From: Candidatus Thalassarchaeaceae archaeon
Lineage (GTDB): Archaea > Thermoplasmatota > Poseidoniia > Poseidoniales > Thalassarchaeaceae
Direction: 5' to 3'
DNA: 32,000 nt
NCBI GenBank assembly: GCA_045568075.1
Contig: JBJLBP010000001.1
Span: 690,001 to 722,000 of the forward strand
Of the stretch, positions 1-8,378 are shown piece after piece. The position numbers and the translations under genes were made by a program. The notes beneath the pieces were generated by a model. It was not told the DNA's origin. It did no database searches and saw only the letters and a program-made list of their open reading frames with translations. Each line of letters opens with the position of its first letter. Position 1 is the stretch's first letter.

Positions 1-307
1 CTTCCAGTACGCGGCTTCCAACACCAATTCCCATCCAAGAAATTAGAAATCCAGAATCTTTGATTCCGATTGTCTGTGCCCTTCGTTGCATATTGCGGCG
101 CGCCTCCGGCAGCGCCGCGTCGACGATGGTCAGAGACTTCTGACCGACAGTGATCCGGTCGCCGATTGAATACCCTTCCAAAAGCTGCGCAGCATCGAAG
201 CGACCGAGCCCCTTCACCTTCAATTCCCCAGGCACTCGGTTGAGCAAGTATGCCCGCCCGTCGTCTTCACGGAGAGCCACCCAATTTGGGGTCTGGTCGG
301 TAGTCAT
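1..307 (-). CDS. trmI: tRNA (adenine-N1)-methyltransferase, TrmI/Gcd14 family; only the N-terminal ~102 codons, gene continues past the left edge
   Basis: Absent from the ORF track because it is open at the window edge. My minus-strand translation from the ATG at 307-305 is MTTDQTPNWVALREDDGRAYLLNRVPGELKVKGLGRFDAAQLLEGYSIGDRITVGQKSLTIVDAALPEARRNMQRRAQTIGIKDSGFLISWMGIGVGSRVLE. A small N-terminal beta domain followed by RRAQ-I--KD...G-RVLE, leading into the SAM-binding loop, is the TrmI layout. Confidence 0.65.
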   Translation of the reverse strand, partial: MTTDQTPNWVALREDDGRAYLLNRVPGELKVKGLGRFDAAQLLEGYSIGDRITVGQKSLTIVDAALPEARRNMQRRAQTIGIKDSGFLISWMGIGVGSRVLE

Positions 308-346
308 CTGAGTGAATGCGGGAGCGTCCTCGATTCAATACCTTCG

Positions 347-361
347 ATTGAAAATTTCAAT
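347..361. promoter_or_regulatory. Perfect palindrome ATTGAAA-A-TTTCAAT next to a TTTTAAAAAA TATA-like run (361-370), in the divergent trmI / surface-protein intergenic region
   Basis: Read directly: 347-353 attgaaa, 354 a, 355-361 tttcaat. It lies between two divergently oriented starts (307 minus, 456 plus). Any operator or promoter role is inferred. Confidence 0.3.
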
Positions 362-380
362 TTTAAAAAACAACATATTC

Positions 381-402
381 CGACCCTAAAGGGTCGTTTT
401 TT
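381..402 (+). other. Orphan hairpin CGACCC-TAAA-GGGTCG followed by T6
   Basis: A 6-bp GC-rich stem (381-386 / 391-396) with a 4-nt loop, then tttttt (397-402). It has the shape of a terminator but no upstream plus-strand gene to terminate. It sits about 55 nt before the ATG at 456. Confidence 0.3.
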
Positions 403-455
403 GCAAGAATCCGAAGCGGGGTAGCATTATACCTCGCCAAAAACTCGCGAAATCG

Positions 456-3400
456 ATGACCGCAGCGCAGCAATTGAACAAACTACCATCTCTCATGATG
501 GCCTTCCTGATGCTGACCATGTCAGCTGTTGGATATTTTGCCATCGAAGAGCAGAGTGCAGAGAAGGAAGAATTAGTCGCTGAGGACATGCCTCGATTCG
601 CAACGAGCCCTGGACATTCGGTCTTTGGTGAATATGTCGGAGCCCATTGGTGTGGACCTTGTATGGGAAGTGCTTCTCCATCATTGGTCAACCTGAAGAA
701 TAGTAATTCAGAGGATTTCACCTACGTGTCTTTCTTCGAAGGAGCTTCGACTGGCTGGCCATCCGATGGCCCGGTCAACAGGCAGAACCACGTAATGGCT
801 AATTCAGGCGGATATCCGACTTTCGCTTTCGCTGACGAGACCTCCGGTTCATGCTACAAGGTTGGTTCCTCAGGATCGAATTACTACGATGCGGACTTCA
901 CTACAGGTGGATGTATGCACGCTGATTCCAGCGATTTCAGTCTTGAAATGGGTATTGCTCTTGACTCCGCTGGAGATACCGTAACTACCTCTTTGGAGAT
1001 GACATATCTCGGTGCAGGCGATATTACGGTGTTCGTTTACGGAGCGATTACTGAGAAGGTGGGTGCAGAACCCTATGACGATGGAAGCAGCCCTCACCAT
1101 GTATGGCGAGAGTGGTTACTTTCAGATACCAACGATTTCACCGAGATCACTCTGACTGCAAATCAGGCTGAGACCTTGACTTGGGATAATCCACTCAGCA
1201 CTGTTCGCCCAGGTGGTGGATATACACAATGGGAGAACTTCTGGCCAGTATTTGCCCTAATGGATGGAGATTACTCGACATACAACGAGGTCTACGCTGC
1301 AATCGATTTTGACATGGGTCCATTAATCGATGTTGGAATCACCGACTTCGATGCTCGCAATTCAAACGACAACACTGGCTTCGTTGCCGGAGACATTCTC
1401 GAATTGGATGTAAATATCGCCAACAACGGTGCCGAAGCGTACAATGATGGTGGTAGCATCGACATTTACCACCTAACTGGTGGAGAGGAGATACACCTCG
1501 GTGGAATTTCGATCAATCAACTTGGAGTAGGCGGAACTCAGTCCTACTCGGCTACATTCGATACTAGCGATTTGACTCTGCTTCCGTCTGGCACTTCCTC
1601 CTTCCGTGCCCGCCTCTCAGGCCTGACTGGAGACAGGGTCGTTACCAATGATTACGAAGACGACCTCGCGTTGCACGATATGCCTCCAGTTCCTAACCGC
1701 CCTGCTGCGGTTGGTGCTGCTAGTGTTGAGCGCGGCACGCCGATTCAGTTTGAATCGACCGCTCTTCCTAACGATCTAGTCGACGAGATGTCGACAATGA
1801 CCGCTGTGATGGAATACTCAACAAGCGGTTCGGAGACATGGGATACTTCCTGGATTTCAGCAATAGATCTAATCGGTAGCGGCGGAAATGCACGCTACAT
1901 ACACACTATCTCTGCTCCAATGAATGCCCAGTCAGGAACTTACGATATTCGCATGCAGTGGACAGATGCAGGCGGCCAGTCATCTGATTGGGAAGTAACA
2001 ACTGACGCCTTCGAATTGCGCAATGCAATGCCGAAGATTCTCGGTGCCGGAGATGACGGTTACGCTGGCATTCCGACAGTTAAGGTCGAGACTGTTGAGA
2101 CAGTCTCAATCGTTGGAATGGTCAGTGATGCTGAAACTTCCCTCTCTGATCTCACTATCGATTCTGATGCTCACGAATTCATCTCGTTTGATCCACTCAA
2201 TCTCGAAATCACCGTGAGCTTCGATGAGATAGTCTACGACAGTCGCGGCACTCCGATCTCACAAGGTATCTTCATCACACTAGGTGACGGCGAGGACTTC
2301 AGTTCTGGAACTCTCATGTTCAACGTCATCGAGAACGGCCAACCACGATGGAGTGGGGTGCCTACACAATCCTTTGATGAAGGCAGTTCAGCCAGTCTTT
2401 CACTGACTGAGTTCCTCACGGATACTGACGATAATGGCAACCCGACTTCTACTGGCCTACTAACTCTCAGCGTTGTGAGTGTCAGTGACGAATCACTGAT
2501 GACTGCTTCGATAAATGGTCAAACACTCAACGTTGAATCAGTTGACGACGATAGCTTCGGAATGGCTGAAATCGTCGTCCGCGCCTCTGATGGAGTTAAG
2601 GAATCAGACACCGTGATAACCTTCCACATCAACAATATCAACGATGCTCCAGCCATCGAACTCGGTGAGCATGTATCTCTGATTGTACAGACTGGTGAGC
2701 GGCTGAATATCGATATCCTAGCAATGGTCTCCGACGTCGATGATCCATCAGAAGAAATCTGGGTCACGGTCACGACTTTCGTGCCGGGGGCAGTCCAGTA
2801 CAACCCGATTTCAGGAATCGCCACAATGAGTTGGAGCGAGTCTGGTCAAGAGATGGTTACCATCACTGCAGAGGACCGCCACGGAGCCTCAAGTGCTGCA
2901 ATAATGACTATCGAAGTTGTCAATGATCTTCCTCTACTGTGGGTCGATTCCAGTGGCTACGGGGACCTAGCAGTGTCGATGGACAATACCGATTACAGCT
3001 CCAATCCAAGCGTCTCAATTGCCAACGTAGGAACTCTTGAACTCTCTGATATCAAGGTCCTTTGGAGCGTTTGTAACAGCATCACAGGAATTTGCAACGA
3101 CTTTGGTGTCTCGCATAATTTAGGACCGTTCATCGTCCTTGCCAATAGCGGCGAGGGGTTGAAGGTCGGCGATTACGTAACTCTCACCGTTGACGCAGTT
3201 GACTCAACTGGCTTTGACAGGTCGACCCCTGACTCGTTCAAGGCATACGCAACAGAGGCAGTCGAAGAGATTCCCGAGGAGCCTGAGGATGAGCCTGAAA
3301 ATGTGGACAAGGGAACACTCTCAGTCATGACTGTAGGAGTCATGGCAATCGGGCTACTGCTTGCCGTATCTTTGGTTCTCGGTCTAGCGATTGTTCTACA

Positions 3401-3614
3401 GCGCCAGCGCCGTGACGGTGTCGGTGCAGAGGTCTACGATTACCATGAGGAATACGACTATTCTGATGAACCCCAAGTGAGCCCGCTTGTGGCTCCTCCA
3501 GTACCACCTGGAATGGCTCCTCCTCTACCACCTGAGGGACTGCCCGCGGGTTGGACAATGCAACAGTGGAATCACTACGGTGAGGAGTACCTTCGACGCC
3601 GCGAACAGTCCTGA
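456..3614 (+). CDS. Large membrane-anchored surface protein: N-terminal signal-anchor, thioredoxin-like domain (WCGPC), CARDB-like and cadherin-like beta-sandwich repeats, acidic stalk, C-terminal TM helix and Pro-rich cytoplasmic tail
   Basis: A 1052-aa ORF. The N-terminal hydrophobic segment is LPSLMMAFLMLTMSAVGYFAI. VFGEYVGAHWCGPCMG plus GGYPTFAFAD (cis-Pro loop) reads as a thioredoxin fold. DILELDVNIANNGAEAYNDGGSIDIYHL is CARDB-like. FHINNINDAPAI, IEVVNDLPLLW and the DVDD/DTDD motifs are cadherin-like. The stalk is EEIPEEPEDEPEN, the TM helix is VMTVGVMAIGLLLAVSLVLGLAIVL followed by QRQRRD, and the tail contains APPVPPGMAPPLPPEGLP. Confidence 0.85.
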   Translation: MTAAQQLNKLPSLMMAFLMLTMSAVGYFAIEEQSAEKEELVAEDMPRFATSPGHSVFGEYVGAHWCGPCMGSASPSLVNLKNSNSEDFTYVSFFEGASTGWPSDGPVNRQNHVMANSGGYPTFAFADETSGSCYKVGSSGSNYYDADFTTGGCMHADSSDFSLEMGIALDSAGDTVTTSLEMTYLGAGDITVFVYGAITEKVGAEPYDDGSSPHHVWREWLLSDTNDFTEITLTANQAETLTWDNPLSTVRPGGGYTQWENFWPVFALMDGDYSTYNEVYAAIDFDMGPLIDVGITDFDARNSNDNTGFVAGDILELDVNIANNGAEAYNDGGSIDIYHLTGGEEIHLGGISINQLGVGGTQSYSATFDTSDLTLLPSGTSSFRARLSGLTGDRVVTNDYEDDLALHDMPPVPNRPAAVGAASVERGTPIQFESTALPNDLVDEMSTMTAVMEYSTSGSETWDTSWISAIDLIGSGGNARYIHTISAPMNAQSGTYDIRMQWTDAGGQSSDWEVTTDAFELRNAMPKILGAGDDGYAGIPTVKVETVETVSIVGMVSDAETSLSDLTIDSDAHEFISFDPLNLEITVSFDEIVYDSRGTPISQGIFITLGDGEDFSSGTLMFNVIENGQPRWSGVPTQSFDEGSSASLSLTEFLTDTDDNGNPTSTGLLTLSVVSVSDESLMTASINGQTLNVESVDDDSFGMAEIVVRASDGVKESDTVITFHINNINDAPAIELGEHVSLIVQTGERLNIDILAMVSDVDDPSEEIWVTVTTFVPGAVQYNPISGIATMSWSESGQEMVTITAEDRHGASSAAIMTIEVVNDLPLLWVDSSGYGDLAVSMDNTDYSSNPSVSIANVGTLELSDIKVLWSVCNSITGICNDFGVSHNLGPFIVLANSGEGLKVGDYVTLTVDAVDSTGFDRSTPDSFKAYATEAVEEIPEEPEDEPENVDKGTLSVMTVGVMAIGLLLAVSLVLGLAIVLQRQRRDGVGAEVYDYHEEYDYSDEPQVSPLVAPPVPPGMAPPLPPEGLPAGWTMQQWNHYGEEYLRRREQS
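3489..3536 (+). repeat. Tandem 24-nt duplication encoding two xAPPxPPx units in the cytoplasmic tail
   Basis: GTGGCTCCTCCAGTACCACCTGGA (3489-3512, VAPPVPPG) is followed directly by ATGGCTCCTCCTCTACCACCTGAG (3513-3536, MAPPLPPE). The units are in frame with the 456 ORF and match at 18 of 24 nt by hand count. Confidence 0.8.
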
Positions 3615-3685
3615 TTGGACTGAGTTCGCGGCTGGGCACCTTCAAGAAGGTGCGATGAGCAGGACAAATCCCGAGGGGATGTGCG

Positions 3686-5716
3686 ATGAGCGACGAGCAA
3701 AAGCTGGATGACCCACTTGAGTCGTGGGAGGATGGTGCTGCTTTCGGTGTCGCTAGCAGCAAGGATCCTATCTGCAAAACTCCTGTCGAGGAATGGTCGG
3801 ATGCCCTCGATATCGTCTCGACCGAGGAGGTTCCTATCCCCGATAAATTGGTCGATCAGGTAATCGGACAAGAGGCAGCCTCTATCATTGTCCGAAAGGC
3901 TGCCGAGCAGCGCCGACACATCATCATGGTTGGCGAGCCAGGAACTGGCAAGTCGATGTTGTCTCGCTCGATGACCGAGTTCCTCCCAAAGGAGCAACTC
4001 GAAGATATCCTCGTCTATCGCAATCATGAGGATGAGAACGAGCCAAGAATCAGGACGGTTCCTGCTGGCCGAGGCTCGAGCATTATCTCTGAGCGCCGTG
4101 CCCACATCAAGCAGCAACGAGAGCGCACTAATCGCACACTACTATTCATCGCTCTCGTCGTAGGAGCTGCTCTCCTGCTTGCAACGATTTCCTCTGGCGA
4201 AATTCTTACCTTCATCTTTGGTTCATTCTTGCTGGTTTTCGGCTACTTCTTCCTCAGAACTCGTATGACATCAGGCGATGAAGGAAATATTCCGAAACTT
4301 CTCGTCAAACACGATAGAAACGAAGAGGTTCCATTCATTGACGCCACCGGAACTCTCGCTGGAGCTCTTCTAGGAGACGTCCGCCACGACCCCTTCCAAT
4401 CCGGTGCAGACCTTGCAACTCCTGCTCACGAGCGTGTCGAACCGGGAGCGGTTCACCGTGCCAACAAAGGCGTCCTTTACATCGATGAGATTCGCATGCT
4501 GCGAATGGAAGAGCAGCAGGCACTACTCGTCGCCATGCAGGAGAAAGCACTCTCTATCTCAGGTCGCTCGGAGCGTAGTAGCGGTGCGCTGACCAAGTCA
4601 GAGCCTGTGCCTACCGATTTCATTCTCGTCGCTGCCGGTAATCTCGACAGTATCCAAAATATGCATCCCGCTCTTCGCAGCCGTATCCGCGGATATGGAT
4701 ACGAGGTTTATGTCAACACAGACATGAGAGATACAGAGCTTAATCGCCGCCGTCTCGTAAGATTCGTCGCACAAGAAGTTCGCAACGAACAATCCAAGGA
4801 TTCGGGCAAGGCGATTCCCCACTTCTCACCAAAGGCGGTGGGACTGATCCTCAAGGAAGCCCAGCGCCGTAGCGGCCGCAGAGGCAAGCTCTCACTGAGA
4901 CTTCGTGAACTCGGCGGCCTAGTTAGAATCGCAGGAGATCTTGCAGCGGAGGAGAACGCCTCACTCGTAGAGCCCGTTCACGTCACTCGCGCGCGCATGA
5001 TTGCAAAGCCTCTCGAGCAACAAGTAGCAGATCGCTACCTCGAGCGTCAATCGGAATACGCGATGCTGGTCAATCGTGGAGAGCGCATCGGACGTGTCAA
5101 TGGACTCGCAGTCCTAGGCGCCGACACAGGACTCTCTGACTACTCAGGAGTCGTCCTACCAGTCGAAGCCATGGTTACGCCAACACAGGGCAGGTCGGGC
5201 AAAGTTATCGCAACCGGAGGCTTGTCAGACCTTGCTCAGGAATCGGTTACTAACATCAGCGCAGTAGTGAAGAAACTGACCGGTAAGGACATCCAAGATT
5301 ACGACCTCCACGTACAATTCCCTGGAACCCACAATGTCGACGGAGACAGTGCCTCGATTACCATGGCCACAGCAATCATCAGCGCCTTTGAAGGAGTTCC
5401 AATCGATCAGAACCTCGCAATGACAGGTTCGCTTTCGGTCCGTGGCGAAGTTCTGCCAATCGGCGGTGTCTCAGCGAAGATAGAAGCCGCTGTCAAGTCA
5501 GGAATCGAGCGCGTCATTATCCCGCGAAGCAACCAGCAAGACGTACTCATCGATGAGAAGTATGAGTCTCAGGTGGAGATTATCCCAGTCGATTCACTCG
5601 ATGAAGTTCTCCAACACGCACTCGTTGGAGCCGAGGAAAAGGTCAGTCTCGTCGAGCGCCTAGCAAATGTTGTCGACACTATCTCTAGTGGTCCCGACTC
5701 CCAACCTTCGGCCTGA
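3686..5716 (+). CDS. lonB: Archaeal-type membrane-bound Lon protease (LonB)
   Basis: Walker A GEPGTGKS and Walker B GVLYIDEI. Two hydrophobic helices are inserted in the AAA+ module (LLFIALVVGAALLLATI, LTFIFGSFLLVFGYFFL). The C-terminal Lon protease domain has DGDSASITMATAIISA (catalytic Ser) and GGVSAKIEAA (Lys). Confidence 0.95.
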   Translation: MSDEQKLDDPLESWEDGAAFGVASSKDPICKTPVEEWSDALDIVSTEEVPIPDKLVDQVIGQEAASIIVRKAAEQRRHIIMVGEPGTGKSMLSRSMTEFLPKEQLEDILVYRNHEDENEPRIRTVPAGRGSSIISERRAHIKQQRERTNRTLLFIALVVGAALLLATISSGEILTFIFGSFLLVFGYFFLRTRMTSGDEGNIPKLLVKHDRNEEVPFIDATGTLAGALLGDVRHDPFQSGADLATPAHERVEPGAVHRANKGVLYIDEIRMLRMEEQQALLVAMQEKALSISGRSERSSGALTKSEPVPTDFILVAAGNLDSIQNMHPALRSRIRGYGYEVYVNTDMRDTELNRRRLVRFVAQEVRNEQSKDSGKAIPHFSPKAVGLILKEAQRRSGRRGKLSLRLRELGGLVRIAGDLAAEENASLVEPVHVTRARMIAKPLEQQVADRYLERQSEYAMLVNRGERIGRVNGLAVLGADTGLSDYSGVVLPVEAMVTPTQGRSGKVIATGGLSDLAQESVTNISAVVKKLTGKDIQDYDLHVQFPGTHNVDGDSASITMATAIISAFEGVPIDQNLAMTGSLSVRGEVLPIGGVSAKIEAAVKSGIERVIIPRSNQQDVLIDEKYESQVEIIPVDSLDEVLQHALVGAEEKVSLVERLANVVDTISSGPDSQPSA

Positions 5717-5784
5717 CTTTCCTCTGTTGGAACGCGGGTTTTCAGGCCCCGATAATTTTCTAGCATTATCCAGGAGTTCAAGAC

Positions 5785-7134
5785 ATGATTGAGAAGAAAT
5801 CGAATCGATATCAGATTTGGATTCTGATGCTGGTTATTCTCGTCGATATGATTGGAATCGGCATCATTATTCCATTCATCACTTACATGGTTGATGACCT
5901 CTCTGATCCTGGCGAGAAGATCGGAATGTGGGTGGCTGCTCTGATGGCAGCATATGCCCTCGCTCAATTCATCTTCTCTCCATTCTGGGGTTCGTTATCT
6001 GACAGAATCGGTCGACGACCGGTCCTGATGATTGGATTGATGGGAAACACCATCGCGATGATTATTTTCGGACTCTCAAATACTCTGATGATGGCCTTAT
6101 TCGCGAGATTAATCGGCGGTTTGTTCAATGCAAATGTCTCGGTGACACGCGCATATATCGCCGATATCACCGAACCAAAGGATGTCGCAAAAAACCAAGG
6201 TTTGCTTGGCGTTGCTTTCGGAGTTGGTTTTTCGCTGGGTCCGGTCATCGGAGGTTTCCTATCATCACCAGCAGAATGGACTTGGACCACCGCATTCCAA
6301 TCGACAATTTTTGAGACGCAGCCGTATCTTCTGCCCTGCCTGCTCTCCTCTCTACTATCATTCAGCGGATTTATTATGGCGATCAAATTCCTCCCAGAGA
6401 GCCGTACTCCGGAGCAAATCGATACTGACAATGAAGGAAAGCCACGGCTCTCTGCGCTTCAGAAGATGAGAAAGATTCCATCAATGCTGTCTCGACCAGT
6501 GATTTCTCCAGTTCTTTGGTCACTGACTTTCTTCTGGATGGCTTTCACCATCATGCATGTCACATTCATTCTCTTCACCATGATGGATCCTTCAGAAGGT
6601 GGCCTTGGATTCAGCGAATCCGACAACGGTCTGATTTTCTCAACAATTGGAGTCATTGGAATCATCACCCAAGGAAAATTGATTGGACCACTTACCGATC
6701 GTTTCGGATCTTCGAAATTGTTGGCCACAGGCTTCGTCATCGCGGGAACTGGTCTAGCCGCGATTCCATACTCTTCTGCGGCTTATCCATTCCTGACCCT
6801 TCTACCGGCCGTCTTCTTGGTATCATTCGGCAATGGCTTGGTTACTCCTAGCAACATGGCGATGCTATCACACCTCTCGGGTCGTGACGAGCGCGGTGCT
6901 GTAATGGGAGTTTCAGAGAGCCTTCGCTCGTTATCAGCTCTGGTTGGGGTCAGCAGTGGCGGTATAATGTGGGATTTGACTAGTTCGCGCACCGATTTTT
7001 TCGACTATCACACAGCCTTCCGAATCTGTGGTATTCTAGCTTTGATCAGTGCGATTATCTTCAGATTCAGTTCAGGATGGAAGTCTGAGGAAGCAATCTT
7101 GAATCAAAATCGAGATAATCCGTCTGCTGCGTGA
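5785..7134 (+). CDS. MFS transporter (DHA1/TetA-like efflux type)
   Basis: Polytopic hydrophobic profile. MFS motif A, GSLSDRIGRRPVLMIG, lies after TM2. The substrate cannot be inferred. Confidence 0.85.
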   Translation: MIEKKSNRYQIWILMLVILVDMIGIGIIIPFITYMVDDLSDPGEKIGMWVAALMAAYALAQFIFSPFWGSLSDRIGRRPVLMIGLMGNTIAMIIFGLSNTLMMALFARLIGGLFNANVSVTRAYIADITEPKDVAKNQGLLGVAFGVGFSLGPVIGGFLSSPAEWTWTTAFQSTIFETQPYLLPCLLSSLLSFSGFIMAIKFLPESRTPEQIDTDNEGKPRLSALQKMRKIPSMLSRPVISPVLWSLTFFWMAFTIMHVTFILFTMMDPSEGGLGFSESDNGLIFSTIGVIGIITQGKLIGPLTDRFGSSKLLATGFVIAGTGLAAIPYSSAAYPFLTLLPAVFLVSFGNGLVTPSNMAMLSHLSGRDERGAVMGVSESLRSLSALVGVSSGGIMWDLTSSRTDFFDYHTAFRICGILALISAIIFRFSSGWKSEEAILNQNRDNPSAA

Positions 7135-7988
7135 CCGACCCGAGTGGTCGTATGCTGGATGAGGTCGAAGCGAGTTCAAGAGAGTCAATACGGTGTGCAG
7201 CAGTTGTACACGGCGGCGCTGGCCCTGGTCCAGACCGCCGTGCTAATCTCGAACCAAGTATCGCGAGAGTGAGAGAAGTTCTCGCGGCTGGCGGTGATGC
7301 GATTTCAGCCGCAGTTGAAGGCTGCGTGATCCTTGAGGACGATCCGGTTTTCAATGCTGGAACAGGGGGTGTCATGCGAACAGATGGCTCGGTTCTAACC
7401 GATGCCTCATTGCATGTTAGCGATGGCCGCCTCGGTTTTGTCGTCGCAATGAAGAATACACCTAATCCAATTCGCATATGTGCGGATTTACTCGACGAGG
7501 AAATCAACGGGTTATCTGGAGTCGGCGCACGTTTGTGGGCAGATGAACGAGGTCACACCAATGCGCCGGTCGTCGGGCGTTCTCCCAAGGGGCAGATCGG
7601 CGATACAGTAGGTGTAATCGTTCGAGATTCAACCGGTCTTATCGCCGCTGCAACAAGCACCGGAGGATGCAGTTACCGACCTCCTGGTCGTGTTGGCGAT
7701 GTCCCACTTCCTGGTTGTGGATTTTGGGCTGAGGGTAATCTTGCTGTTGCCTCCACCGGCATCGGCGAAGCGATTACTCAAGCATTACTTTCCTACCGAG
7801 TTCACGAGCGCATCCGAGCTGGAAATAATCTCTCACCCGATGCGCTCGCTGCCACGATGAAATGGGGCATCAACACTCTCGTCGCGCCAGACAAACAAGT
7901 CGGAATCATCGCATTAGGACCAGAGGGTGAAGGCGCAGGAGAAGCCAATACAGACATGCCTTGGGCAACCTGGTGCGAGGAATCATGA
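7131..7988 (+). CDS. Isoaspartyl peptidase / plant-type L-asparaginase (Ntn hydrolase)
   Basis: Motifs VHGGAG, NAGTGG, the autoprocessing site GDT-VGVIVRD, AAATSTGG and GRVGDVPLPGCG. The GTG start at 7131 overlaps the MFS stop (GTGA). ATG 7152 is an alternative start. Confidence 0.9.
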   Translation: MTDPSGRMLDEVEASSRESIRCAAVVHGGAGPGPDRRANLEPSIARVREVLAAGGDAISAAVEGCVILEDDPVFNAGTGGVMRTDGSVLTDASLHVSDGRLGFVVAMKNTPNPIRICADLLDEEINGLSGVGARLWADERGHTNAPVVGRSPKGQIGDTVGVIVRDSTGLIAAATSTGGCSYRPPGRVGDVPLPGCGFWAEGNLAVASTGIGEAITQALLSYRVHERIRAGNNLSPDALAATMKWGINTLVAPDKQVGIIALGPEGEGAGEANTDMPWATWCEES

Positions 7989-8060
7989 GCACTCAATACC
8001 AGTAGTCTGGGGATGCGCTTAAACAGGGACCGCAGGTGGGGCGGCCGTTGGAGGTATCGT

Positions 8061-8336
8061 ATGTCGAACATAGAGAGCCGCATCCAGCAGATCGCACAGG
8101 TTCTCGGCCAGCTTGAGGATACTCAAGTCCCTCGCAACATCCGCAACTCTTCTCGTGACGCCGTGCAAAAGTGGCTTCTCAACAAGGACAAGGAAATGGA
8201 TGTCCGTCTCGGAATGACTGCAAGCATTTTGGATGATATATTCAACGACGCAAATCTACCGACTCATTACGGCCCGTTGTGCTTGCAGATTCAAACCGCG
8301 CTTGAAGCGCTTCTCAACGAAGTCAGAGGCTCCTGA
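8061..8336 (+). CDS. UPF0147-family small helical protein (archaeal)
   Basis: MSNIESRIQQIAQVLGQLEDTQVPRNIRNSSRDAVQKWL...ILDDIFNDANLPTHYG matches the UPF0147 pattern (VPRNIRR...ILDEISNDPNMP). I prefer ATG 8061, which is preceded by GGAGGT at 8050-8055, over the track start at 8013. Confidence 0.7.
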   Translation: MSNIESRIQQIAQVLGQLEDTQVPRNIRNSSRDAVQKWLLNKDKEMDVRLGMTASILDDIFNDANLPTHYGPLCLQIQTALEALLNEVRGS

Positions 8337-8378
8337 GCCTTCAAGTGCATTAGTCTTCTAGCATCTACTGGGGATTAC

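Noticed and set aside
3575-4117. 180-aa minus-strand ORF overlapping the lonB 5' region, and 3340..3777 (145 aa)
   Set aside because: They overlap the strongly supported lonB and the surface-protein tail on the opposite strand, and have no motifs.
8013-8060. Track start (8013) for the UPF0147 gene
   Set aside because: The Arg/Trp/Gly-rich extension (MRLNRDRRWGGRWRYR) is unlike the family. ATG 8061 follows a GGAGGT.
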